Origin: an uncultured Methanomicrobiales archaeon
GTDB taxonomy: Archaea > Halobacteriota > Methanomicrobia > Methanomicrobiales > Methanospirillaceae
Length of the DNA stretch: 64,000 nucleotides
Direction: 5' to 3'
NCBI GenBank assembly: GCA_963758915.1
Contig: CAVWXH010000009.1
Span: 96,001-160,000 of the forward strand
A model generated the notes under the pieces. It did not search any database. It was not told where the DNA came from and was given only the letters and a program-made list of their open reading frames with translations. The position numbers and the translations under genes are program-made. Of the stretch, positions 18,659-27,937 are shown one piece after another. Position 1 is the first letter of the stretch. Each line of letters begins with the position of its first letter.

Positions 18659-20560
18659 TCAGTGGATACCGGTAAACCGGTAAAAACCTACAGGCACTAT
18701 TATTTCGAATCGTGCGCCTTTGCCTGGTTTACCGGTCTCCTGAATAATGATACCGGTAATAGACAGGATTTCCCGGCAGAGAAAAAGACCAAGTCCGGTA
18801 TTTTTCCCAAAACTCCGTTCGAAGATCTTTTCTTTTTCATCTTCCGGAATACCAATACCATCGTCTTCAAAAATCAGGCTAAGTCCGTCTCCGGTTTCTT
18901 CGTACCGGAGAATCAGTTCTGTCACAACTCCGGCGTGTTTCAGGACGTTGTCAACAAGGGTTAAAAAGGCGTTCTCAAGCAGTGGATCTGCATAAATTTC
19001 CAGGTTATGTACATTAATCTTCCGTGACATCTCCAGGGGTGGCAGGTGCGAAATTGCCATGACGAACACATGGCTCACATTCTGCCACCTGGGTTGATGA
19101 ATTCCCATATCCTGGTAATTTTTTGCAAACTGTAAGCTCCCAACTATTTTTTGCGTCAGCATTTCACTTTTTTCAAGGTGTTTTTTCTGTGTTTCATCGA
19201 CGAGATCCATGCGGATTAACCAGAGATATCCGGAGAGGGTAAAGATTGCGCTGCTGATGTCCTGGAATGTAAGCGTGTTCAGGAGGTTCAGTTTCTTGCG
19301 GGCCTGTTCAAGGGCCTGCTGGCTTTTATTGACTTCCCTGATACCTTCCCGCAACGCCTGTTCAGTGGCCATGAGTTCTTCATATGCTGCACTGAGTTCC
19401 TCATTCGCCCGTGATAGTTCCGATTCAACCTGTTTACGGTTATTAATTTCCGTTTCGAGTTTTAAAACCGAGGCCGCAAGTTGTTCAGTACGGTCCCTGA
19501 CCCTGGATTCAAGTTCCTCTTCTGTCCGCTTGCGGTCCGTTATATCCAGGAGGACACCCCTGATACCTGCAGGCCTGCCGTTATGAACGATGGTATCTGA
19601 ATAGACAATGACCGGGAATGTGCTGCCATCCTTCTTTCGAGCAGTATACTCAATTCCACCAGGCTTTTCTCCCCGTAACTGAGCAGCAAAAAACATTGCT
19701 GCCCGTTCCCGGTCACCGGGTACCAGCATTTCCATGCAATTTATGCCATTCTTAAGTTCTTCATTTGTAAATCCAAAGGTTTCAAGGGCAATACGGTTTG
19801 TCGAGGTAACAGTCCCCCACTCATCAGTTTCAAAAATCGTCTGGGGCAACAGCTCAACGAAATCCTTGAATTTTTTCTCACTCTCCGCGATTTTACGATC
19901 AAACTCTGCCCGCCGGTTCTCGAGCCCCAGGATCCCGACCATAACAGCGATCATGGCAAGGATGCCGATAATGAAGACGACCATGTTTGCACGGTTCAGC
20001 CCTGCCATGACGACATAGCTGTCCATGTCAACACCAACAATGCCCACAACATTTCCTGATCGGTCTCTGATCGGGGAAAAGCCTGATAATACAGTCCCCC
20101 ATTCATCTGTTGTAAATTCTCGGTTGGCCGTAGGGGTGAGGAAACCCTGGATTAGTCCGGGTTCGGGTCCAGGATACACATCTCCGATATTCGCCGCTAA
20201 CGGGTCGTACCCGTAATCACCATCAACCACAAACTCAACCGCGTCACCGTTTTTTCGCATGGTATAGATGGCCCGGATATCCGGCGTCACCTGTAAAGCA
20301 TGCCTGATCTGGTCCCTGATACGGACAAAACGCGGTGTATCTTCTTCGCCGCTTTTTATCTGTGCGAATTCATCACCATCAACCTGGGACGCCATTACCG
20401 ATGCAACGGAGACCAGCTTTTCCTGTACTCCCTCTTTCAGAGATTTTTGCGTTTCCAGTGAAATTGAATATACGGCGAGGAATGTTATAACGAGAATCAA
20501 TATGAGTAACAGAATTGAAATATTACGGGGAATCTTAACATTCATGCCAGGTTCACTCAC
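18659..20560 (-). CDS. membrane sensor (Cache-like extracellular domain + PAS) histidine kinase-like protein
   Basis: Two TM helices around the DEWG..LSGFSPI sensor domain, PAS (RKKDGS.FPV), and HATPase (DDGIGI, TGLGL). The H-box His appears replaced. Confidence 0.9.
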   Translation of the reverse strand: MSEPGMNVKIPRNISILLLILILVITFLAVYSISLETQKSLKEGVQEKLVSVASVMASQVDGDEFAQIKSGEEDTPRFVRIRDQIRHALQVTPDIRAIYTMRKNGDAVEFVVDGDYGYDPLAANIGDVYPGPEPGLIQGFLTPTANREFTTDEWGTVLSGFSPIRDRSGNVVGIVGVDMDSYVVMAGLNRANMVVFIIGILAMIAVMVGILGLENRRAEFDRKIAESEKKFKDFVELLPQTIFETDEWGTVTSTNRIALETFGFTNEELKNGINCMEMLVPGDRERAAMFFAAQLRGEKPGGIEYTARKKDGSTFPVIVYSDTIVHNGRPAGIRGVLLDITDRKRTEEELESRVRDRTEQLAASVLKLETEINNRKQVESELSRANEELSAAYEELMATEQALREGIREVNKSQQALEQARKKLNLLNTLTFQDISSAIFTLSGYLWLIRMDLVDETQKKHLEKSEMLTQKIVGSLQFAKNYQDMGIHQPRWQNVSHVFVMAISHLPPLEMSRKINVHNLEIYADPLLENAFLTLVDNVLKHAGVVTELILRYEETGDGLSLIFEDDGIGIPEDEKEKIFERSFGKNTGLGLFLCREILSITGIIIQETGKPGKGARFEIIVPVGFYRFTGIH

Positions 20561-20637
20561 GCAGTGATAATTTTATCAGGGGTTCCACGCTTATAGGTTT
20601 CGTTTATTTTAGGGGTTTTTCCAGATTTGCAATTTTT

Positions 20638-21059
20638 CGCTCTGTTGAAACACACATGAACGGAAAGTTCACACCCGGGCTATGAAAATGCCCTTTCAAA
20701 ATCACTTCATATTGGAGTTCGTTCACGCATTTATACAATATGAAAATCCCCACTGGCAATTTCATGTTGTATGCTTGTGGCCCTTCGGCATCATGCCTGT
20801 TTTCATGGGAAATCCTCTCGAATCTATCTTGCAGATTGGTAATTCCAAAATTTCATCACGTTCCCGGGTCTCACGGCCCGCCGCTTTGGCGACCCCGGTT
20901 GGGATAGAGACGATTCCCCCAATACTCTGAATTTAATGAGCCTTTGGAAAAACCTGCCTAAAAGATATCTTGTCGGGGGTGGTAGAGGGAGGGGTGAAAT
21001 TCCCTCCTTTTATGTATTTTACCTTCCTGTTTCTAAACAAGCAGGGTATCAATATAACC
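20638..21059 (+). mobile_element. modular MITE copy R6 (B-C-A)
   Basis: Starts CGCTCTGTTGAAACACACATGAAC. C module about 20737-20808, A module about 20809-21040. Decayed end GGGTATCAATATAACC. Confidence 0.8.
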
Positions 21060-21567
21060 TATAATCCGAAAGGCGCGTCCCATTTGTGGGCACAGGTATT
21101 ACAATGACATTTCGCTACCATTTGTCCGGTTTCAGTAGTGACAAGGTCGTCAAACTCTGTATCTTTTGATTTACAGTTCGGACAAAGAATATCTGCCATA
21201 TGGAAAGATCACCGGGAAACCGAAAGCTACTGTCAGAATACTATGATTTCAGGGTATTTCAACCTCACTAAACACAGAGAAGGTTATTGCCATCCATTGG
21301 GGGGGCCGGGGGTTTCCTACTTCTTCAGCTGGCACCTGGGTCCTGGCGAGTCCCTGTCTGGCATTGTGATCCCGGGCCATGAACCTGACAACTACCTCCC
21401 GGTTTCCCGGATATAGTAGTTCAGAATGCAGACTGCGGAAGCGTCACCTCGGAAGGTCTAATATACACGGGGTACCTTATGGAATCCTGTAGGAGTTCAC
21501 TTAGAACAACTCCTGACTCACAAATCAGGCTGGCAGTACCCTGGCCGTGGGCAGGATACAGGGGACC

Positions 21568-22599
21568 ATGTTTGAAATTGCGGTCATCACCATAGTACTT
21601 GCGTTGGTATTCACCTTTACCAACGGGTTCCAGGACGCGAGTTCTCTCGCAGCTACATTTATTGCGTCCCGTTCAGCAACCCCGAAGCAGGGTGTTATCT
21701 TAATTGCATTCGTGTCATTCCTGGGGGCAATCCTTGGTGGAAGTGCCGTGGCATTTACCTTGTCGGGACTGATTACCACGGGTTCGGGGACCCAGACCAT
21801 ATGGATAATGTTTGTAGCAATAACTGTCGCGATCGGCTGGAACCTCATCACCTGGTGGTTCGGCCTTCCTTCTTCATCAACCCACGCATTAATAGGAGGC
21901 CTGATCGGTGCAGGAATGGCATCGGCCGGAATTGGAGGGGTTTTATGGGGCGTGGGGGGCCTGGCCGGGCCGTCGCACCAGCTTGAAGGGGTCGTTAAAA
22001 TTCTCGTCTTTTTCATTCTCTCCATCGTTATCGGGTTTGCAGGCAGTTTTTTTTTACACAAGATCACCATGCTGCTACTCCGGAATGCAAAACGGAAGAT
22101 AAATACTGGTATTATGCACCTGAACTGGATAGCAGCGGCAGTGATGGGTTTTTTCAACGGGGCAAATGATACCCAGAAGCAGCTTGGTATCATCGCCCTG
22201 GTGTTGTTTGCCGCCGGCCAGACTTCTTCCCCTGATCTGATACCCGTCTGGGCACGCGTTGCCTGTGCGGTACTGATGAGTGTGGGGATAATCGGGGGTG
22301 GATGGCGGATCATGCATACACTTGGCAACCGCTTGTTTAAGATTGAACCAGTCCATTCCTTTGATTCCCAGTTTTCTTCAGGTGCAGCCATAGCAGTTTC
22401 CACGATTGCAGGGGCCCCGGTCTCTTCAACACAGGTCATCACCTCCTCGGTACTGGGGGTCGGGGCTGCAGAGAATGCACGAAAAGTTAAATGGTCGGTA
22501 GGAAAGGATATCCTCATTGCAATGCTGGTAACAATCCCATCAACAACCATCGCAGCCGCCCTGATGTATACGGTTATTTCCCCATTCACAGGAGCCTGA
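21568..22599 (+). CDS. pit: PiT-family inorganic phosphate transporter
   Basis: NGFQDAS, PSSSTHALIGG, GANDTQK and PVSSTQ motifs. Confidence 0.92.
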   Translation: MFEIAVITIVLALVFTFTNGFQDASSLAATFIASRSATPKQGVILIAFVSFLGAILGGSAVAFTLSGLITTGSGTQTIWIMFVAITVAIGWNLITWWFGLPSSSTHALIGGLIGAGMASAGIGGVLWGVGGLAGPSHQLEGVVKILVFFILSIVIGFAGSFFLHKITMLLLRNAKRKINTGIMHLNWIAAAVMGFFNGANDTQKQLGIIALVLFAAGQTSSPDLIPVWARVACAVLMSVGIIGGGWRIMHTLGNRLFKIEPVHSFDSQFSSGAAIAVSTIAGAPVSSTQVITSSVLGVGAAENARKVKWSVGKDILIAMLVTIPSTTIAAALMYTVISPFTGA

Positions 22600-22605
22600 A
22601 CGATA

Positions 22606-23260
22606 ATGAACGAAAAAAAGTCCGAACATGAAAAAAAGATGAAACAAAGTATTTTCAACTCAATCTTCCCGAGGGAATACAACTTTGAAGAAATGCTTGC
22701 AGAACAGGCAGATAAAACCCTTACAGGTGTAGAAACCTTCGTAATCTGGCTCAATTCCAGCCCCCTTACATACCCTGTTCACCTTGTGCAGATTGAAGAA
22801 GAAGTAGATGCCATGCGTCACCGGATGGAAGATCAAGCTGATTAACTCATTCTCCACCCCGTTTGACCGGCAGGATATCTATGACCTCTCCAGGCAGATG
22901 GACTATCTCCTGAATTTTTCAAAAGAGACGGCTATTGAAATGTATACGTTTGGCGTCGGGGCTGACAAAACAATACTTGCAATGGCAGAAGCCCTGCTAA
23001 GGGGTACCGCCTTCACGGTGAAAGGGGTGAAGATCATGAACACTGATAAAGGCGGGGTGGAAGACCTCATCAGGAAAGCCAGTGATGCAGACCACGAAAT
23101 TAAGGCCCTGTACGTTGCAGGAATGGCAGAGTTGTTCAGGACTGATGACCCGATGAACGCCCTGAAAAATCGGGAGATCTACAACCACCTGCGCGACGCA
23201 GGCCGGGCATTACGAAGGACCCTTGACATCCTCCACCATTCGGTCGTCGGGCTCTTGTAA
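22606..23260 (+). pseudogene. DUF47 phosphate transport regulator with apparent +1 frameshift at about 22832
   Basis: EEEVDAMRH lies in one frame and continues as KLINSFSTPFDRQDIY in the next. It sits directly downstream of pit. Confidence 0.85.
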
Positions 23261-23286
23261 ACAAATTCATAATAAAAGAATCAGGA

Positions 23287-23371
23287 TGCGAGGGATGGGA
23301 TTTGAACCCAAGAACCCCTTCGAGACTAGGCCCTCAACCTAGCGCCTTTGACCTAACTTGGCTACCCTCGC
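23287..23371 (-). tRNA. tRNA-Leu(GAG)
   Basis: GCGAGGG acceptor stem, CTAGG-TTGAGGG-CCTAG anticodon arm, long variable arm, GGTTCAAATCC. CCA is not encoded. Confidence 0.96.
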
Positions 23372-23543
23372 TCTCGCGCCATAACAATGAGGATGTCTAT
23401 CTAAAATAATGTATCCATCTGGTTATCAAGGATCCCTTCAATCCATGAGTGTTCCCGTAGTAAGCCGGAGGAAAATCCATCCGGTACATTGAATACCACT
23501 ACACCGATGTATTTTTATATCCACCAACAGGAGATCTCATTCC

Positions 23544-24044
23544 ATGTGGTCTGATATCATTCACGAGTTTGCCGATTCCCCGTCCCAGAGTAAAGTAGTA
23601 CGTTTTCTGCTCGAGAACGGTTTTGGTATCAACAATTCCGGCCGGGTAACGTGTAACGGGATTGAGGTCCCTGCCACGCAGATCGCAAAGGCAATCGGAT
23701 CTGACCGCCGCGTTGTCGATGCAACAGCGCACCGTATCCTTACCATACCATCGCTCCGCGAGATCTTCATCAGGATGAGGGTGACTCCGGACCTGTCAAA
23801 TGTCGCCGAATCACTCGGGCTTACGGTAATAACGGTCCTCCCTAAAAATGCTTCAGAGCGGGGAATTGTCGGCGCTGCAGTCAGGGTACTCAGCGGTCAC
23901 AGCCTCTCTATCCGCCAGATATTTGTTACAGACCCGCAGTTGTCAGAAGAGCCAAAACTCGTTATTATTGTCGATGAAGTACTCCCCCATGGTGTCATCG
24001 AGGAGATCCGGGCCCTTCCCCAGGTAAGAAAAGTAATTATTTAG
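23544..24044 (+). CDS. ACT-domain amino acid metabolism regulator (COG2150-like)
   Basis: N-terminal HTH-like IAKAIGSDRRVVD and C-terminal ACT domain (SIRQI..TDP). Confidence 0.85.
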   Translation: MWSDIIHEFADSPSQSKVVRFLLENGFGINNSGRVTCNGIEVPATQIAKAIGSDRRVVDATAHRILTIPSLREIFIRMRVTPDLSNVAESLGLTVITVLPKNASERGIVGAAVRVLSGHSLSIRQIFVTDPQLSEEPKLVIIVDEVLPHGVIEEIRALPQVRKVII

Positions 24045-24150
24045 GCGGGTATAAAAAACTCCGGCAAAACAATCTGAAAGGCCACCTTATTCATGTTCAC
24101 CTTTGAGCTAAAAGGCTCATAGCACGCTCTATCTCTATAGAAACAAAGCC
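24044..24150 (+). mobile_element. minimal MITE copy R7a (D-hairpin plus both ends, no internal module)
   Basis: GGCGGGTATAAAAAACTCC...GGCTCATAGCACGCTCT...AAACAAAGCC. It begins on the last base of the upstream TAG. Confidence 0.7.
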
Positions 24151-24170
24151 AAAAATAATTTAAAAAAAAC

Positions 24171-24524
24171 GACTTTGTTGAAACCCTTCGGTGTCATAAA
24201 AAATCAGAGGGAAATACGAAGACAGGAGGGGGTTTCACCCCCTCCCTGCCCCACCCCCATTAAGATATTCTTCGGGCAGGGTTTCCCGAAGGTTCATTAA
24301 ATTCAGAGTATTTTTGGGTAGTCTCTATCCCAACCAGGATCGCCAAAGCGGCGGGCCATGAGCCCCGGGAGCGTGACGAAATTTTGGAATTCCCCATCTA
24401 TAAGATAGATTTGAGAGGATTTCCCATGAAAATGCCTGAACGAACGTCAATATGAAGAAATTTTGAAAGGGCATTTTCATGGTTTGGGTGTGAACTTCCC
24501 GTTCATGTGTGTTTCTACAGAGCG
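24171..24524 (-). mobile_element. modular MITE copy R7 (B-A on minus strand) with perfect 8-bp TSD
   Basis: Ends GACTTTGTTGAAAC and GTTTCTACAGAGCG. Flanked by AAAAAAAC at 24163-24170 and 24525-24532. Confidence 0.9.
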
Positions 24525-24541
24525 AAAAAAACGACTTATTG

Positions 24542-25183
24542 TTATAATTGCGATAAGCTGCGGGAGAATTCGCTCACCCTGGCCGCTGCATCAGTTTTTA
24601 AGGGGCTGCCATGCCCCGGAAGCATCAGGTCATAATCGAGACCGGATAATGCAATGATTGAACTTTTAACTTCTTCCATGTTATCCGACGATTCTTCCCC
24701 CGGACATTGGACTTTCCCATCATCATAACCAAGCGTGTCTCCGGTGAATAAGATCCTCCGGTTGGGGTCATACAAGGCAATGCTACCCGCAGTATGCCCG
24801 GGGCAGTGGACGCAGGTGAGTCCTGCAATTTTGTCCCCGTCCTGTAATAATGTGTCCGGGGTCAGGTGCTGTATTGGAGTACACCTCTCTGGCATCTCCT
24901 TCTTTCCGGATACGTAGTCTGCATCATCGGCATGGATAGCAATTATTGCACCGGTGAGATTTTTTAATTCATATACATTCCCTGAATGGCCTGCATGATA
25001 ATGGGTGAGAATAATCGTCGTCACATCATTTGGAGAACGCTTGAGTCCAACCCGGATGTAATTGATTATTTTCCTGCTGTTGCCGGGGAGTCCGGTGTCA
25101 ATGACCACCATCTTTTTCCCGTTGATAATGTAACTGTTCCCAATGATCCCGTCAACCTGATGAACCCCCCGGACTATCTCCAT
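24542..25183 (-). CDS. metallo-beta-lactamase-fold hydrolase (glyoxalase II-like)
   Basis: IDTG, THYHAGHSG, PGHT, TGD and PGHG motifs. Confidence 0.9.
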   Translation of the reverse strand: MEIVRGVHQVDGIIGNSYIINGKKMVVIDTGLPGNSRKIINYIRVGLKRSPNDVTTIILTHYHAGHSGNVYELKNLTGAIIAIHADDADYVSGKKEMPERCTPIQHLTPDTLLQDGDKIAGLTCVHCPGHTAGSIALYDPNRRILFTGDTLGYDDGKVQCPGEESSDNMEEVKSSIIALSGLDYDLMLPGHGSPLKTDAAARVSEFSRSLSQL

Positions 25184-25387
25184 AGTAACACCCGCTCAAA
25201 TTTTGTCTTTTAAAAAATTATAAAAGATTTTTGTGCCACAAGCCGGGCACAGTACGTTGTCCTGTACATATTATCCCGCATTCCTTATTATCAGGATCTA
25301 TTGGTGACGGAACGGGTCCGGCAGGAACGAGATCAAACGTTCAGTTAAAACACGGCAATTTCTAAAAAAAAGGGAGATATGATAGAT

Positions 25388-26032
25388 TTAACCTGAGAAC
25401 GGCCTTGGTAACAGCGAGACGAGTGCGCCAAAAAATGTTGAGACCACGCTGATGCCCAATACGAGCATAATCAGTCCCAGGACAACCGGAATGACGACAA
25501 CAAATACTGCTTTTTCAAATGATAACCCGTTGTTGTCCCTGAACCCGAGAATAAGGAGCACAAACGACCAGACCCACCCGATGATACAGACAAAGGGGAT
25601 CCAGCCAAGCAGGAGTCCGGGAGTTGCCGCGAACATGGTCGTTTTGAGGGTTTCCTTCACACCTTTCCTGCCATCCATCAGGATTACAAAGACATGGAGG
25701 AGGAATCCCACAAGGAAGACCCCGAACAGCAGGGCCATGAAAACCATGTACACGTAGAACAACTGCGAGACCATGACAAAGGTCCCGAATTTTGCCAGCT
25801 GTGCGGATAGTACCTTACCGATAAGGGGGACCATCGAAAGCTGCTGTACGTAGCCGTTGAACATGAAGGCCCCGACAGCGAGGGTAACAATCCCATAAAG
25901 AACAGTGAAGATAATCAGGAGCACGGCATAATACTGGTATGCAACTCCAAGGGATTTTGATCCTGCCTGTTTAAACGCTTCAACAGGTGACATGAGGAAA
26001 CCCTGGACATTTTTTACAAATTCATCTAACAT
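25388..26032 (-). CDS. YIP1-family membrane protein
   Basis: GFLMSPVEAF and AATPGLLLGWIP motifs. About 5 TM helices. Confidence 0.8.
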   Translation of the reverse strand: MLDEFVKNVQGFLMSPVEAFKQAGSKSLGVAYQYYAVLLIIFTVLYGIVTLAVGAFMFNGYVQQLSMVPLIGKVLSAQLAKFGTFVMVSQLFYVYMVFMALLFGVFLVGFLLHVFVILMDGRKGVKETLKTTMFAATPGLLLGWIPFVCIIGWVWSFVLLILGFRDNNGLSFEKAVFVVVIPVVLGLIMLVLGISVVSTFFGALVSLLPRPFSG

Positions 26033-26231
26033 ATACACACTTCACGATATGTGATTAAATAAAGATTTCTGTGGTTTTTCTCAAAATCATATAATAACAC
26101 CACATATACTCATCCAATTACGAATCAGGGGCCTTTGCATTACCAACATTCGCCATACAAAAACAGGCAGTGGATCATTTCGAACCTGGCGAAGGAACTA
26201 CATAGATGGGATGTAACGTATTCTTTGTGAT

Positions 26232-27833
26232 GTGAGTTCCATGGCCGGGCTGAATGAGGACTATTACAAGGAGATTATCGACTTCCTGCCGGATGCGATG
26301 TTTGTTATCGATTCTTCAGGTACTATTATTGCCTGGAACAGGGCGATGGAGGAGATTACTGGTGTTCCGGCATCAGGGATGCTGGGGAAAGGGGACTATG
26401 AATATGCGATCCCATTCTATGGCGAACGGAAACCTATGCTTGCAAACCTTGTAATGATGGGGGAAGAGGAACTCACAGCAAGGTATAATACGGTCATAAA
26501 GACAGGGGACACCTTTGTCGTTGATATTTTCATCCCGGGCTTCAGGCCTGGCGGGGCCTGGTTCTGGGCAAAGGCCCGACCGCTCCGTGACCGGCAGGGG
26601 ACGATAACCGGCGCTATCGAGACGATCAGGGATATCACAGACAGGAAACAGGCAGAAGAGGAAACGGACCGGGCACGACAGAGACTTGCAGAGATCATCA
26701 GCTTCCTTCCCGACCCGACATTTGTGATCGACCGCAACGGGGTTGTCATCGCATGGAACAAGGCACTCGAGGAGCTGACGGGGACCTCAGCAGAACAGAT
26801 GATCGGGAAAGGGGATTACGAATATGCAATCCCATTTTACGGTGAGAGGAAACCCATGCTCGCGAACCTGATCTTCATGCCCGGAGAAGAGATCGGACTG
26901 CGGTACCACAGTGTCCAGAGGACCCGGGACACTCTCGTCGTCGATATTTTTATACCGGGTTTCCGGCCAGGAGGAGCATATTTCTGGGCTAAAGCAAGCC
27001 CCTTATATGACCCGGACGGCAATATTGCCGGTGCGATAGAAACGATCAGGGATATCACGGAGCGGATCCGGATTGAGCAGAAACTGGCACGTTCCAGTGC
27101 CGAACTACAGATCGCCGCAGAGATCCAGCAGAGCTTCCTCCCGGAGACATTACCGGAAATAAAAGGGTTCGATATTGCTGCCCGGAGTGTAATGGCGAAA
27201 GAAGTTGGCGGGGACTTTTTTGATGTGATTCCCTTCGAGGTGATCCCGCTGGAGCTGGGGAAGTATGGGATCCTTATTGCGGATGTTTCGGGGAAGGGAG
27301 TCCCGGCAGCACTTTTCATGGCCCTCTCGAGGATCGTTGTCAGGGTCAATGCACTCTGGCACCGGGACCCGGCAAAAGCAATTGGTTTTGCAAACGATAT
27401 CATCACGCAGGACTCAAAGGCAGGTATGTTCGTCACCCTGTTTTACGGGTCACTTTCAGAAAAGGAAAGGACCCTCACCTATGTAAATGCGGGACACAAT
27501 CCCCCGTTACTATACCGGTGCAGCACAAAAACATTTGAAGAACTCATGCCAACAGGCATATTCCTGGGGGGGTTGGAACATCAGGTATACTCGTCACGGA
27601 CCGTTGAAATCAGTGTAGGTGATATTGTCGTTCTCTATACTGACGGTATTACTGAGTCTATCAACGGGGACGAGGAGATGTTTGGCGAAGACAGGTTGAG
27701 ATTGATCATCCGGGATCACCCCGGGCTTTCCGCCATCGGTATCCTGGAAAAGATACTTGAAGAGGTCAGCTCCTTCGCAGTTGGCCAGCCCCAGTTTGAT
27801 GATATCACCCTGATGGTAATCAAAGGTCTTTAA
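26232..27833 (+). CDS. tandem PAS/PAC + SpoIIE/RsbU-type PP2C phosphatase
   Basis: Two 140-aa PAS repeats. VGGDFFD, IADVSGKG, NAGHNPP, YTDG and DDIT motifs. Confidence 0.93.
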   Translation: MSSMAGLNEDYYKEIIDFLPDAMFVIDSSGTIIAWNRAMEEITGVPASGMLGKGDYEYAIPFYGERKPMLANLVMMGEEELTARYNTVIKTGDTFVVDIFIPGFRPGGAWFWAKARPLRDRQGTITGAIETIRDITDRKQAEEETDRARQRLAEIISFLPDPTFVIDRNGVVIAWNKALEELTGTSAEQMIGKGDYEYAIPFYGERKPMLANLIFMPGEEIGLRYHSVQRTRDTLVVDIFIPGFRPGGAYFWAKASPLYDPDGNIAGAIETIRDITERIRIEQKLARSSAELQIAAEIQQSFLPETLPEIKGFDIAARSVMAKEVGGDFFDVIPFEVIPLELGKYGILIADVSGKGVPAALFMALSRIVVRVNALWHRDPAKAIGFANDIITQDSKAGMFVTLFYGSLSEKERTLTYVNAGHNPPLLYRCSTKTFEELMPTGIFLGGLEHQVYSSRTVEISVGDIVVLYTDGITESINGDEEMFGEDRLRLIIRDHPGLSAIGILEKILEEVSSFAVGQPQFDDITLMVIKGL

Positions 27834-27937
27834 TGAACAGGTCCGCAGATGAACAGTGAACCTTGGGTTTTCCAACTTCTTTTCCGGCTATCCATTACAT
27901 CAGCTGTGTTTTAACCACATTTCATATTACAGGTTTT

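Noticed and set aside
21480-21530. Fluoride riboswitch-like ACTCCTAC on the minus strand
   Set aside because: The GATGGAGTTCGCC and AAAC/GCT elements are missing and the orientation is wrong for pit.
21525-22754. 409-aa antisense ORF, and other long antisense ORFs (28934-29695, 32587-33315, 51697-52341, 56261-57100, 59437-60333)
   Set aside because: They are shadows of well-supported genes on the opposite strand and have no recognisable motifs.
23287-23330. tRNA-Leu or tRNA-Gly 3' ends as att sites of an integrated element
   Set aside because: No duplicated tRNA 3' fragment and no integrase were found in the window.
399-24524. CRISPR array or integron attC cassette interpretation of the repeats
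   Set aside because: There is no regular repeat-spacer period and no cas or integrase gene. Copies are 100-500 bp, occur in both orientations and have TIRs and TSDs.
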